Assembly: GCF_001194135.2 (NCBI RefSeq)
Contig: NC_068984.1
Coordinates: 85,877,958 to 85,941,957, forward strand
Reading direction: 5' to 3'
DNA from: Octopus bimaculoides
Lineage: Eukaryota
Length of the DNA stretch: 64,000 nt
The translations under genes and the position numbers were made by a program. The first letter of the stretch is position 1, and every line of letters begins with the position of its first letter. The notes under the pieces are model-generated. The model had not been told where the DNA came from. It saw nothing but the letters and a program-made list of their open reading frames with translations, and ran no database searches. This document shows positions 14,566-26,780 of this stretch, piece by piece.

Positions 14566-16300
14566 CATATATATATTCTTACCCATACTTTAATTATATA
14601 ACTGTTATTAATTCATACATATATAAATTGATTATTACACTCGAGACTTACACAACTCACACTAAAAACTATTTTACGGCTGGATAACTGCCACCAAATA
14701 CAGTGGCAAACCGGATTAATAACCATTTAATTAACATAGCAGTTTTGTAAGTTATGGGGCCAGTAGGAAAAGAGACAGAGGGAGAGAGAGAGAGAGAGAA
14801 GGGAAAGAAAAGTTGCACTGGTGTTAGTGAAAAAAGGTTTGAATATGTATTCGTGATATAAGCCAAGAGCAACGGAGGAAAACACAGGAAGTTTTTAAAA
14901 AATTGCAAAATTTAGAAAACCAGAAACGGACTGAGCCGAATCGGACTGGTACTGACCTAGCCAAGATACAGCGAAGGTTCGTTCCGATCGCTTTTATAAC
15001 AACACAAATACAGTAAATATAAATAAGTAAAATCGACTGAATTCATCTGGGAATTCATTAAAACACAAATTGGTGGTAGTTGTCAAATTATAATAAAAAC
15101 AAAATATGTTGTTTATCATCACAGTGTGTGTGTGTATGAAATTAGTCTTATGTTTGCCGTATCTGTTTTAAATGTGAGAACTCTAAGCTGACAAGCTGTC
15201 TGGTTTACAGACTTCATATAAACTGATTAGTTAGTGAGAGGAAGAAAAACTGAAAGACAGGATTGCTTTTTAAATGTCTTTTCTCGCTAATCAGTTGTAG
15301 CATGAATACAGTATCTTCCATTCGGGAAATCTATGTATATCTGTTCGCTAAAGGAGGGCGGCTACCGCTAAGTTAGCTACAACACATAGCCGCAAACAGT
15401 AATAACATCATCATCACCACAGACACACTGAATAGTCTAGTCTTAGATACTCTATGCCAATAGGTAAAAAAAAAAAAAAAAATTAAGGACGAGATGGTAA
15501 GTACTGAAACGCTTTCAATCATTATAATTCTGCTCGATCTCAGGACTGGATTAGGAGGACTAGACAACAGCGTCACCAGTGGCCGACAGTATACAATAAT
15601 GCTGAACACCAACAAAAACATGGAAAACTATCCACAACATTTACACATAAATAAAATAAATAAATAAATGACAACATTACGAACAACAAGAGTAAAAATC
15701 AGCACCACTGAAGTGATCTACTTACTCTTTCTTCCATTCTTAACGTTAAATTGTGTCGGAGGCGAGAAGTAAGTAATATGTGCACATCGTCAACATATAT
15801 GTAAGTATACGTGCGTATGCAAACACGGTAACTTCCTGTTAAAAATAAAGGAATGAATGGTTGTTGTTTGGTGTGTCTTAGAGAGGAGATGGTCAACACC
15901 TTGTAACACGCCAATGGAACAGACTTAGTTCTCTCCCTTACTTAATCTCTCTCTCTCTCTCTCTCTCACTTCCTCTAACTCTTCCTCAATAGTCCTCCCG
16001 TTTTCTGTAGTCTTTCACAATTAATTCCAAGCACTCACTCTCCTTGAATTACCGAAGCCTCTTACTCCACCTCATCTAACACACACAAATATAAACATAT
16101 ACAAAAGCAGGCAGGCATTCACACTCACGCAAATAGATACACTTGGAAAAGAAGACAAACAACAACGACAGACGGGTCCAGGCCGATTAACAATTGATGT
16201 CGGTGTAGACAAGGATGAAAGAACGAGTCCACACACACAAGTCCAATGCATGAAGTTGTCGACCCTTGAGTCACTTAACTAACTTTACAGCTGAATAAAA
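13600..16300. promoter_or_regulatory. CpG-retaining, TE-poor region; probable PI4KB promoter and first (non-coding) exon zone
   Basis: CG dinucleotides are visibly more frequent than in the flanks. ETS-type ACAGGAAGT sites lie at ~14884 (+) and ~15830-15838 (-), and a minus-strand donor AAGA|GTAAGT has its intron start at 15725. It lies upstream of the PI4KB exon on the same strand. The TSS was not located. Confidence 0.45.
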
Positions 16301-16334
16301 ATATATACTTTTATTTATTGAGTGCTATCTACTC

Positions 16335-16354
16335 CTGTTTGTTCCTCCAGTAAG

Positions 16355-16430
<76 letters not shown>

Positions 16431-16547
16431 CACACACACATATAAATACATACATATATATATATATATACATACACATATACATACATATATATATACA
16501 CATATACATACACACATATACATATATATATATACATACACACACAC

Positions 16548-16598
<51 letters not shown>

Positions 16599-17015
16599 NN
16601 NNNNNNNNNNNNNNNNNNNNNNNNNNNNNNNNNNNNNNNNNNNNNNNNNNATATATATATATATATATATATATATAGGCGTAGGAGTGGCTATGTGGTA
16701 AGTAGCTTGCTTACCAACCACATGGTTCCAGGTTCAGTCCCACTGCGTGGCACCTTAGGAAAGTGTCTACTACTATAACCTCGGGCCGACCAAAGCCTTG
16801 TGAGTGGATTTGGTAGATGGAAACTATATATATATATTTGCATATGTTAGTGTGTTTGTCCCCCCAACATCGCTTGACAACCGATGCTGGTGTGTTTACG
16901 TCCCCGGCAAAAGAGACTGATAGAATAAGTACTAGGCTTACAAAGAATAAGTCCTGAGGTCGATTTGCTTGACTAAAGGTGGTGCTCCAGCAAATGACTG
17001 CAACAAGTAAAAGAG

Positions 17016-17053
<38 letters not shown>

Positions 17054-18330
17054 TCTTCATCCTGTCAGTGATATACAAGGATGAACAGACATTGGACGTG
17101 CCCCTAGAGTCCGAATGTATATATATATACACATACATATATGCATATAGATATATACATACAAATATATATATATATATACATATATCTATATACATAC
17201 ATATACATACATACAAATATATATATATATATATATATATANNNNNNNNNNNNNNNNNNNNNNNNNNNNNNNNNNNNNNNNNNNNNNNNNNNNNNNNNNN
17301 NNNNNNNNNNNNNNNNNNNNNNNNNNNNNNNNNNNNNNNNNNNNNNNNNNNNNNNNNNNNNNNNNNNNNNNNNNNNNNNNNNNNNNNNNNNNNNNNNNNN
17401 NNNNNNNNNNNNNNNNNNNNNNNNNNNNNNNNNNNNNNNNNNNNNNNNNNNNNNNNNNNNNNNNNNNNNNNNNNNNNNNNNNNNNNNNNNNNNNNNNNNN
17501 NNNNNNNNNNNNNNNNNNNNNNNNNNNNNNNNNNNNNNNNNNNNNNNNNNNNNNNNNNNNNNNNNNNNNNNNNNNNNNNNNNNNNNNNNNNNNNNNNNNN
17601 NNNNNNNNNNNNNNNNNNNNNNNNNNNNNNNNNNNNNNNNNNNNNNNNNNNNNNNNNNNNNNNNNNNNNNNNNNNNNNNNNNNNNNNNNNNNNNNNNNNN
17701 NNNNNNNNNNNNNNNNNNNNNNNNNNNNNNNNNNNNNNNNNNNNNNNNNNNNNNNNNNNNNNNNNNNNNNNNNNNNNNNNNNNNNNNNNNNNNNNNNNNN
17801 NNNNNNNNNNNNNNNNNNNNNNNNNNNNNNNNNNNNNNNNNNNNNNNNNNNNNNNNNNNNNNNNNNNNNNNNNNNNNNNNNNNNNNNNNNNNNNNNNNNN
17901 NNNNNNNNNNNNNNNNNNNNNNNNNNNNNNNNNNNNNNNNNNNNNNNNNNNNNNNNNNNNNNNNNNNNNNNNNNNNNNNNNNNNNNNNNNNNNNNNNNNN
18001 NNNNNNNNNNNNNNNNNNNNNNNNNNNNNNNNNNNNNNNNNNNNNNNNNNNNNNNNNNNNNNNNNNNNNNNNNNNNNNNNNNNNNNNNNNNNNNNNNNNN
18101 NNNNNNNNNNNNNNNNNNNNNNNNNNNNNNNNNTACATATATATATACATACATACATACATATATATATACATACACACATATAAATATACATATATAT
18201 ATACACATGTATATATACACACACACACACACATATATATATATACACACACACATATATACACACACATTCACACACACACATATATATATATACATAC
18301 ATATACACATATATATACACACACGCACAC
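16335..18330. repeat. (AT)n/(AC)n microsatellite complex with two N-gaps, interrupted by a SINE
   Basis: Direct reading; gaps at ~16599-16650 and ~17242-18133. Confidence 0.95.
16678..17018 (+). mobile_element. tRNA-derived SINE family A, full length, with an internal (AT)n
   Basis: A-box-like TGGCTATGTGG and B-box-like GGTTCAGTCCC, tail AAGTAAAAGAGTAA. Homologous to 55716-56115 and embedded in (AT)n. Confidence 0.88.
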
Positions 18331-18867
18331 AGGCAGATAATACAATAACTAAAACTGTGTCACATCTGATAACAGTGAGACCTTTGTGATCACGTGTCTG
18401 CAGCAAACACACGCCTACACACACATGCAGACTACAGCTTGTATTCAACTATTCCAATGAATAGCCTGGTTGAACTAATTCAAATTGTCACGAGTTTTAC
18501 ATCTTCATGCAAGCAAGTCCCTCTACAACATGGTGTATTAGTAGTTTATTGCCGAACTAAATGTTGTTTCCTTTCATAATTTGCCAAGCTCCAAATTGCT
18601 TTTTATTCCAAAGGGCGTAACAGAAAAGGGATCACTTCTCACTTCTACCAACCATATTTACTGTCCAAAATACAGTGGAGTATTTAGTTACATACCATTA
18701 CATTCTGAGTTCAAATTCTGTTGATGTCGGTATTATCTTTCTAGTTACATAAGTACAAGTCAAGAACTGGAATCATTTACATCAATTATGCCATTCCCCT
18801 GATTGTGACTTTGTATCTATCTATGTTAGGATCTTAACTGGAGTTGTTTCAGCTATACTCTTCTCCA

Positions 18868-19455
18868 TTGGCAAGTTGGCAGAATCATTAGCACACCAGA
18901 CGGCATTTCTTCCAGTTCTTAACATGCTGAGTTCAAATTCCATGGAGGTCAACTTTACCTTTCAATCCTTTCAGAGTTGACAAAGTAAGTACCAGTTGAG
19001 CACTGGTGTTGATGTAATCAACTAACAACATTCCCCTGCCCCAAATTTGCTGACCTTGTGCCAAGATTAAAAAGATTAATGGTGAGCTGACAGAATCATT
19101 AGCACACTGGACAAAATGCTTAGCAGCATTTCATTTGTCTTTACATTCTGAGTTCAAATTCTGCCTAGGTAATCTTCATCTTTCATCCTTTTGGGGTTGA
19201 TGAAGTAAGTACCAGTTGAGCACTGAAATTGATGTAATTGATTAGTCCCCACCCATAAAAATTTCAAGACTTGTGCCTATAATAGAAAGGAATGTTATTA
19301 TTATTTGTAGTAATAAGACAGTGAGCTGGAAAAATCACCAGGCAAAAAGTGCTTAGCAGAATTTCATCCATCTTTACAGTCTAAGTTCAAATGCCACTAG
19401 GATTTATCCTTTCAGGGTCAATAAAAAAAAGTACCAGTTGAACACGGGGGGGGGG
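18868..19455 (+). mobile_element. Three head-to-tail CpG-decayed SINE B copies
   Basis: CTGAGTTCAAATTC / AAGTACCAGTTG core repeated at ~18868, ~19080 and ~19316; the third copy runs into an N-gap. Confidence 0.8.
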
Positions 19456-19547
19456 NNNNNNNNNNATACAGAGCATTTTGTGAAAGAGTCCACAAAAAAT
19501 AATGTATCAAAAGATACTTTAGCCTATACAGAAAATTGTTAAGTACT

Positions 19548-19664
19548 TATTTTGGGATGGTCGTTTTTCTTTTCTTTTTGCCAAATAAACACACATGCTA
19601 TAGTGTGTGTGCATGTGTGTTTATTTGGTAAAGCAAGAAAAAAAAAAATTACCATCCCAAAATA
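19548..19664. repeat. Long inverted repeat (arms ~51-54 bp, 12-nt loop), probably MITE-derived
   Basis: TATTTTGGGATGGT...CCAAATAAACACACATGC (19548-19598) pairs with GCATGTGTGTTTATTTGG...ACCATCCCAAAATA (19611-19664). Confidence 0.85.
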
Positions 19665-22169
19665 TAACAATATCTGTTTCAACACATGATTTCACATCAG
19701 GAATCTTGCAAAACAAATACCTAAATGTATTAAGTACTTACTTATTCAATAAATGATGCACAGTTATCAACACTTTACATTTAGAATTTCACTTCGCTTT
19801 TTTTTTCAAATTTTCTAAATACAGTTTTATTATTTTCAGAAACACCTAACAACTCACACAGTAAAGCAATGTATGAGAAACACATCCATAAAAATGTCAG
19901 TGACAATATTCCAAATTCTGAGACTAGACCAACACAAAATCAAAGTGTAACACTTAAAAGAAACTCATCCAAACAACTCTTAAGTATGCATCTGAATAGT
20001 ACTTAACGAAGGAAGCAAACAAGAACAATGAAGAGGTTCTGGGACAGTAGACAAATTAGTCACTGTCTATCTATCAGCTTGCTTCTGGGCTTTTTAAACT
20101 CTGAACCAGTAATATATCAACTTCTACTTGGTCTGACACTAATCACCAATCTATTCATTATCTATACAAACATTTCAAAACAAAGACGAATAGGATGCTG
20201 ACACTGATGACAATGACTATGATAATTTTGACTAGTTATTTTAGCCAACATAGAACAAAGAACAACAAAAGCAATATGGATTGTGGATGATTTTAAAAAC
20301 ATTCCTTTGACGAAAATAGAAAATTGAATAAAATACAACAGGACAAAAGAAAAAAATATAAAGCAATGTGGAAACCAACAGAAAAAAAAACATAGGAAAC
20401 AACAAAACAATCAATGGAAATCCAATCTTATTTGAAATCACACCAGTTCAGCTCATAAAGTGTTTAGAGGACATGACAAAGTTACTAAACAGAAGCTTAA
20501 TGGATTCATTAAAATCAAATAGTGGAATGGAATGGTAAAGTGAGGTGGGAGAATGACATTAATGCAAATTTGCTTACAGCTGTAAGATAAAAAGATGAAA
20601 AAAAAATCTAACAATAGTAATAAAATAATTTACATGACATTAGGCTGTAATAACAGCCTTGAGGAATTCATCATCACCATCTCGTCATCATCATTAATCA
20701 CTTTACCAAGCTAGCAACACAGCTTCTACATAGTCATTCACTCAACCCACACTGACTATAACAACCAGTTTTCAACTAACTTCCAACAGTGCAAAATCTT
20801 TTCAAATGGGAAGGGGAAAAGCTCACTTTTTTTAGGTCCTGAATCCTAAATTATGAGTCAAGCAACCAACAACAGTGAGAGGAGAGCCATAGCTAAGAAC
20901 TCCACTCGAATACTTTATTAAATTGGCTGAGTGTGATCAGCTTGTTCTTGGAAAGTTGACCAGGGTCAGAAGATTCAGTAGAGTGAGAATAAAAATCCCT
21001 TGCAGTATTAAGTTAAACACCATCATTATCATCATCATTTCCACTATTCCACTCTGGTCAAGTTTATACTTATTTAAAAATACTACTTCTCCTAGATGGA
21101 TCAGAGATCATATCACACTTGTATTTTCAATTTGTAGCATGTTTTCTATAGTTGAATGTCTTACTGATCACCAACCACTATAGAGAGTGTAGTGAGTGCA
21201 TTCTATCATAGCACTAGCAAGAGAGAGATTGTCATGTCGTCAGCATTCTCTTCTACACTGTTTTGTTTCCATTCATTTACGAACCACTTTGCAGGAGAGT
21301 ACTGGGAGCATTTATTGTGGCTCCAGCACTAGACAAGTTGCCTAGTCTGTGCTACATAATCTCCAATCATTATCTCATTCAATCACCAGAATGTCGTCTC
21401 ATCCCTGACAGATGAAAGAGAACAAGAACATTCTGAGTTTCAAATCCTGCTTAGATCATATTTACTTTTCATCCTTCAAGGGTCAGTAAAATAAATACCA
21501 GATACATACTGGAATCAATCTAATTGATTATACCAACCCACAAAATGTCTGACCTTGTGTAAGAAATTATCATCTTCTTTGTTGGTTCATATTTAATAAT
21601 AGTTTTTAAATTGGGTACATATAAAACACTCACACACACACTTATTTACATTACATTAATACTAATTAAATTTCATAATCACACACTTAAAAATAAGATA
21701 TATATACACAGAAAACAACATACAAAGATACGTACACATATATATAAAGATATACACACACAAAGATATGTATGCATATTCACAACAATATGTACACACA
21801 GATAAATATACACACATATACACAAAGACATATACCATCAAGAGTATATTTTTGGCCACAAGAAATCCTTTTTAAAAAGCAGTAATACTTCCCAGGGGTA
21901 TACTTATAGATGGAAAGGGAATTATACAAAGCAGTAGAGAAAACATTCTTCACATTCTTCTGGAATCATCCACCCACAATGTCCACACACATACACACAC
22001 ACATGCCCAGTATGTAGACTAGATGGTTTTAAAATTCAATTAAAATACTGAATAAAAAGAAGTGTATACAGTTACAGCCATATTGAATCAGACACATATG
22101 CAAGCATAATCACAGATACACGTCTATACAATCACAGTTATTGTCACACACACAATAACATGGATATGT

Positions 22170-22213
<44 letters not shown>

Positions 22214-22864
22214 TGACAGTTACACATAAAGTCATCCAGTTCGACAAATACACACACACAGTGACACAGTCAGACATTAAACATACTCAGACACAGTCAC
22301 CCACACACAGAGTCAATCATGCATACTCACATATAGTGTGAAATATGTACACAAACACACAAGTTAGATATGCAGCATATACACACACATACACACACAC
22401 ACACACAAAACTCTGATGGGAAACTTATTCCCTGTTATACCTAAAAATGTTGTCAAAAGTTCTGGGTGCTAGATGAGAGAAAAGAATAGGGAGTCTATGG
22501 GTTCAGTTCTCCACACCCACCCTCAGTTGTTTTTTTATGAAGAGAAAGAGAGTGGGGGCATTGAAGTAGAGAGGGATAATAAAGGGAGGAGCCTACTAGG
22601 CTGGAAGAGAAGGGGAGGCAACAGAATCAGGGAAACTATTTGAACAGAATATGTTTGGGTTCCATAAGTTAATTTGTTGTGAGAAGTGCAGGAAGCTAAC
22701 ATTTCAAGCAATAACTCTCTGTGATGTGGAGTGTGAGATACTGTTACATTTCATTCAATTTCTCGTTCTTGCCATCTTGTGACCAGAGTGACAACATTTC
22801 TGTATATTCTCCTTCCTATGGAGGGTATATATAGCTAAGCAACTTAAACTCTATTATAACTCCT

Positions 22865-23150
22865 ATGGCTCAGTGGTTAGAGCACCGAGATCACAATCAT
22901 GAGGTAGTGAGCTTGATTCCCAGATTAGACTGTGTTGTGTTCTTGAGCAAGACACTTTATTTTGCATTGCTCCAGTTCACTCAGCTGTAGAAATGAGTTG
23001 TGATATCACTGGTGCCAAGCTGTATCAGCCTTTGCTTTTCTCTTGGATAACATCGATGGCATAGAGAGGGGAGGCTGATATGCATGGGCGACTGCTAGAC
23101 TTCCATAAAACAACCTGATTCAGACTTGTGCCTTGGAGGGGAACTTTCTC
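22865..23150 (+). mobile_element. tRNA-headed SINE (family F-like head and central domain)
   Basis: GGCTCAGTGGTTAGAGC head; central GTGTTCTTGAGCAAGACACTT...TGCTCCAGTTCACTCAGCTG domain shared with the copies at 34807 and 39295. Confidence 0.7.
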
Positions 23151-23169
23151 ACTCACAAACTCACTGCGT

Positions 23170-23420
23170 ACTAATAGAATCTTAAGTTTATTCACATCAA
23201 TCCGTTTAGGTAATTATTTGCTCTAACCTTAGGCTTGACAGGAAAATTCACCTTGGCACGCAAAAGCCTATGATCAGTCCAGCACTCTGCACCACGCATC
23301 ACTCATACAATAGCAAAGTCCCTAGTATCTCGTTTCTTGGTGAGGATGTAATCTATAAGATGCCATTTCTTAGAACCAGAGTGTATCCATGTCGTTTTAT
23401 ACTTATTCTTTCATGACACA
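23170..23420 (-). mobile_element. RTE-BovB-like LINE endonuclease fragment
   Basis: Minus translation KYKTTWIHSGSKKWHLIDYILTKKRD...MRGAECWTDHRLLRAK is the typical RTE APE motif (TWxHP..WHLIDY..SDH); contains a stop. Confidence 0.85.
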
Positions 23421-23469
23421 CAAATCCATCTCTATGCACATTTGTAACAGTAGTAAACCATTATTGTTG

Positions 23470-24428
23470 GAACTCCCAATCTCATGCTTTCCTAGGACAC
23501 TCCAAGTCTCCCAATCTGGTGACAAAGGGCCTCTCGCTCATGCATTTGTGTGAACTACCATGCTTCACGGCAGTGAAACATAGGCCATAACTGCGGAGGA
23601 CATGTGTAGGCTTGAAAGAAATGAAGGTAGCATGAGCCGCTAGATGTGTAATGTCAGTGTGCACACACAACAGAGTGTAAGTGACCTGAGAGAAATGTTG
23701 GACATAAGAAGCATCAGATGTGGCATGCAAAGAGAGACGTTTGAGCTGGTATGATCATGTACTATGGATGGATGAGGAGAGATGTGTGAAGAAGTGCCAC
23801 TCCCAAACAGTTAAAGGAATCCGGAGTAGCAGCAGACCCAGGAGGACATGGGATGAGGTGGTCAAACATGACCTTTGAACGTTGGGCCTCACAGAGGCAA
23901 TGACGAAAGACCAAGACCTCTGGAGATATTCTGTGACTACAAAGACCTGGCAAATAAAGTGAGTTCACGGCTGTATCCTACACCAGTTTCGCATAACCAG
24001 CTCCAGCCCATTCAAAAGTACCTTGGATTGTAGGGCGACCTGCTGTGCTTGAGAAGACCTATTGGATCAAGTACATCAACATCAAATGGAAATTGTAGTT
24101 GTGATACCCGTGCCGGTGGCATGGAAAAAGCACCATCCAAACATGGCCGATGTCAGCGCTGCCTTGAGTGGCTTCCATGCCAGTGGCACATAAAAAGCAC
24201 CAACTGATCATGGCCGTTGCCAGCCTCCTCTGGCCCCTGTGCCGGTGGCATGTAAAAAGCAGTCACCACACTCAGAGTGGCTGGCGTTAGGAGGGGCATC
24301 CAGCTGTAGAAACACTGCCAGATCAGACTGGAGTCTGGTGCACCCTCCTGGCTTCCCAGACCCCGGTCAAAGCGTCCAACCCATGCTAGCATGGAAAACG
24401 GACGTTAAAAGATGATGATGATGATGAT
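23470..24428 (+). mobile_element. 5'-truncated RTE LINE (ORF C-terminus, 3' UTR and (GAT)n tail)
   Basis: Degenerate MLHGSET.AITAEDMCRLERNE...RRL.WY.HV..MDEERCVKKC...RPRRTWDEVVKHDL..LGL, with frameshifts and stops; tail GGACGTTAAAAGATGATGAT. Confidence 0.88.
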
Positions 24429-24438
24429 ATACGCATAC

Positions 24439-24469
<31 letters not shown>

Positions 24470-24730
24470 TATATATACAGATATATATATATATACATAC
24501 ACATATATATACATATACACATACATATATATACATATACACATACATATATATACACATATATATATATATATACATACATACACATATATATATATAC
24601 ATATACATATACACATATATATACATATATATACATATACACACATATATATATACATATACACACATATATATACATATATATATACACACGAGAGAGA
24701 GAGACAGAGAAAGAGAGAGTGTGTGTGTGT
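24429..24730. repeat. Degenerate (AT)/(AC) microsatellite followed by (GA)n
   Basis: Direct reading. Confidence 0.9.
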
Positions 24731-24782
24731 GTCCGAGTGCATTAAGGAGAGAGTGAATGAAAAAGTGAAGAGAAAAAGTTAG

Positions 24783-24818
<36 letters not shown>

Positions 24819-25346
24819 AGAAGTGAAACAAAAAGCAATGAGAGAAAATAAGAAAAAGAATGGGGCACAGTGATAAGAGAGAAAGAAAGAGTATGAAAAT
24901 ACAGAAAGGGAGAGAACCATTAGTAATAGAGAGGAACATGTGGTGGTGTGAGGAGATAAAGGTGAGAAATTAGTAACATGAGTCACTAGAAGATCAGTGT
25001 CCCTGCTGCTGGCTCACACCTGATATCCCAGCACACACTGTAGGTGACTCACTCAGAACAAAAGCAAAAGGTTGTGGTGGATACAGTTCCCTGCCCAACT
25101 TGTATTCCCCACCTCACTTTCACACACACACACACACATTATATTCCCTTACTGGTTTTTATTTTTCTGCTAAGTGACTGCAACCTTGCTAAGGTACATT
25201 TTCCAAGGATCTAATTAATCATATCAATCAACTTCAGTACATATTTCAACTGGTACTTATTTTATTAAGCCAGGCATAAAGGGACACAACAGAAACAGTA
25301 ATAACAAAACGAACAGAAACATATATGCAAGCATAGATAATATGTG

Positions 25347-25399
<53 letters not shown>

Positions 25400-25429
25400 T
25401 ATACACCTACATNNNNNNNNNNATACACC

Positions 25430-25467
<38 letters not shown>

Positions 25468-25630
25468 GATACATATACATACATTCATAGATGCATATAC
25501 ATATATATACATTCATACATATACATGTATATACATACATGCATACATATACAAATATATATATATTTGGCATATATATACATATATATACTTGGCTTGC
25601 CAGGTCTCAAGCACACCTTTGGAAATATGC

Positions 25631-26278
25631 GTGCTTGAGCAAGACCCGGCAAACCAAGTGAGCCCATAACCCGTGGCCTATGCCAGTGGTGTAATCAGCC
25701 CACTTATGCGTACCTTTCTTTCATTGGACACTAAACTCTGCTTGTGAAAACATGTTGAGGCAAGTGAATTCAAAATCAAATTCACTGACGTGGCCGATGA
25801 CAGCACTGCCTGACTGGCATGGATGCTAGTGGAACATTAAAAGCATGATCCGAGCATGATCATTGCCAGGGCCGCTGACTGGCCCCCATGCTGGTGGCAC
25901 TTAAAAAGCACCATTCAAGCAGAGCATGATCTTTACCAGCATCGCCTCACTGGCACATGTGTCGGTGGCACATGAAAAACAACATTTGAGCGAGGTCATT
26001 GCCAGTGTTGCTGGACTGGCTCCTGTGCAACTGGCATGTAAAAAACACCATTTGAGCATGGCCATTGCCAGTACTGCCTGACTGGCCCCCGTGCTGGGGG
26101 CATGTAAAGGCACCCACTACACTCTTGGAATGGTTGGCATTAGGAAGGGCATCTAGCTGTAGAAACTCTGCTAGATCAGATTGGAGCCTGGTGCAGCCAT
26201 CTGGCTCGCCAATCCTCAGTCAAACCGTCCAACCCATGCCAGCATGGAAAGCAGACGTTAAACAATGATGATGATATA
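25631..26278 (+). mobile_element. RTE LINE 3' UTR fragment with five ~65-70-bp tandem units and a (GAT)n tail
   Basis: Shares tail and units with 24100-24428; units start at ~25788, 25853, 25923, 25989 and 26055. Confidence 0.8.
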
Positions 26279-26584
26279 TACATACATACATACATATACA
26301 TACATATAACGGTCAAGTATAAGATTCTTGTTCNNNNNNNNNNNNNNNNNNNNNNNNNNNNNNNNNNNNNNNNNNNNNNNNNNNNNNNNNNNNNNNNNNN
26401 NNNNNNNNNNNNNNNNNNNNNNNNNNNNNNNNNNNNNNNNNNNNNNNNNNNNNNNNNNNNNNNNNNNNNNNNNNNNNNNNNNNNNNNNNNNNNNNNNNNN
26501 NNNNNNNNNNAAGCAAAGAAAAAAAAAATCATGTGAGGGTGGGACAAAGAAGTTTTAATATTTCTGTACTGGTAAGTTCAGTAA

Positions 26585-26780
26585 GTTGGCTGAATCGCCA
26601 GCACAAGACAAAATACTTAATAGCATTTCTTCTGACTCATTATCTCCTGAGTTCAAATTCTGCCAATGCTGGTTTTGCCTTTTCATCCTTTCTGGGCCAA
26701 TAAAATAAGTACCAACTGAGCACTGGGATTGATGTAATCAACTAGTCCCCTTCCCCAAAATTTTAGGCCTTAGCAGAAAA
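26585..26780 (+). mobile_element. SINE B, CpG-decayed
   Basis: CTGAGTTCAAATTCTGCC...AAGTACCAACTGAGCACTGGG core. Confidence 0.75.

Noticed and set aside
15494-15502. Plus-strand ATG|GTAAGT resembling a first exon of a divergent gene
   Set aside because: It lies inside a decayed family E repeat (GAGATGGT..CTGAAAC.CTTT...CTGCTCGATC tail), and no plus-strand partner exons were found.
16315-18448. Long ORFs (up to 460 aa) rich in YI/CV/HT and X, and similar ORFs at 24367-24986, 26176-26558, 35160-35600, 42270-42629, 48323-48954 and 50816-51215
   Set aside because: They are translations of dinucleotide microsatellites and N-gaps, not genes.
25788-26115. Repeat array superficially like a CRISPR array
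   Set aside because: The units are diverged tandem copies without unique spacers, inside a LINE 3' UTR in a eukaryote, and there are no cas genes.
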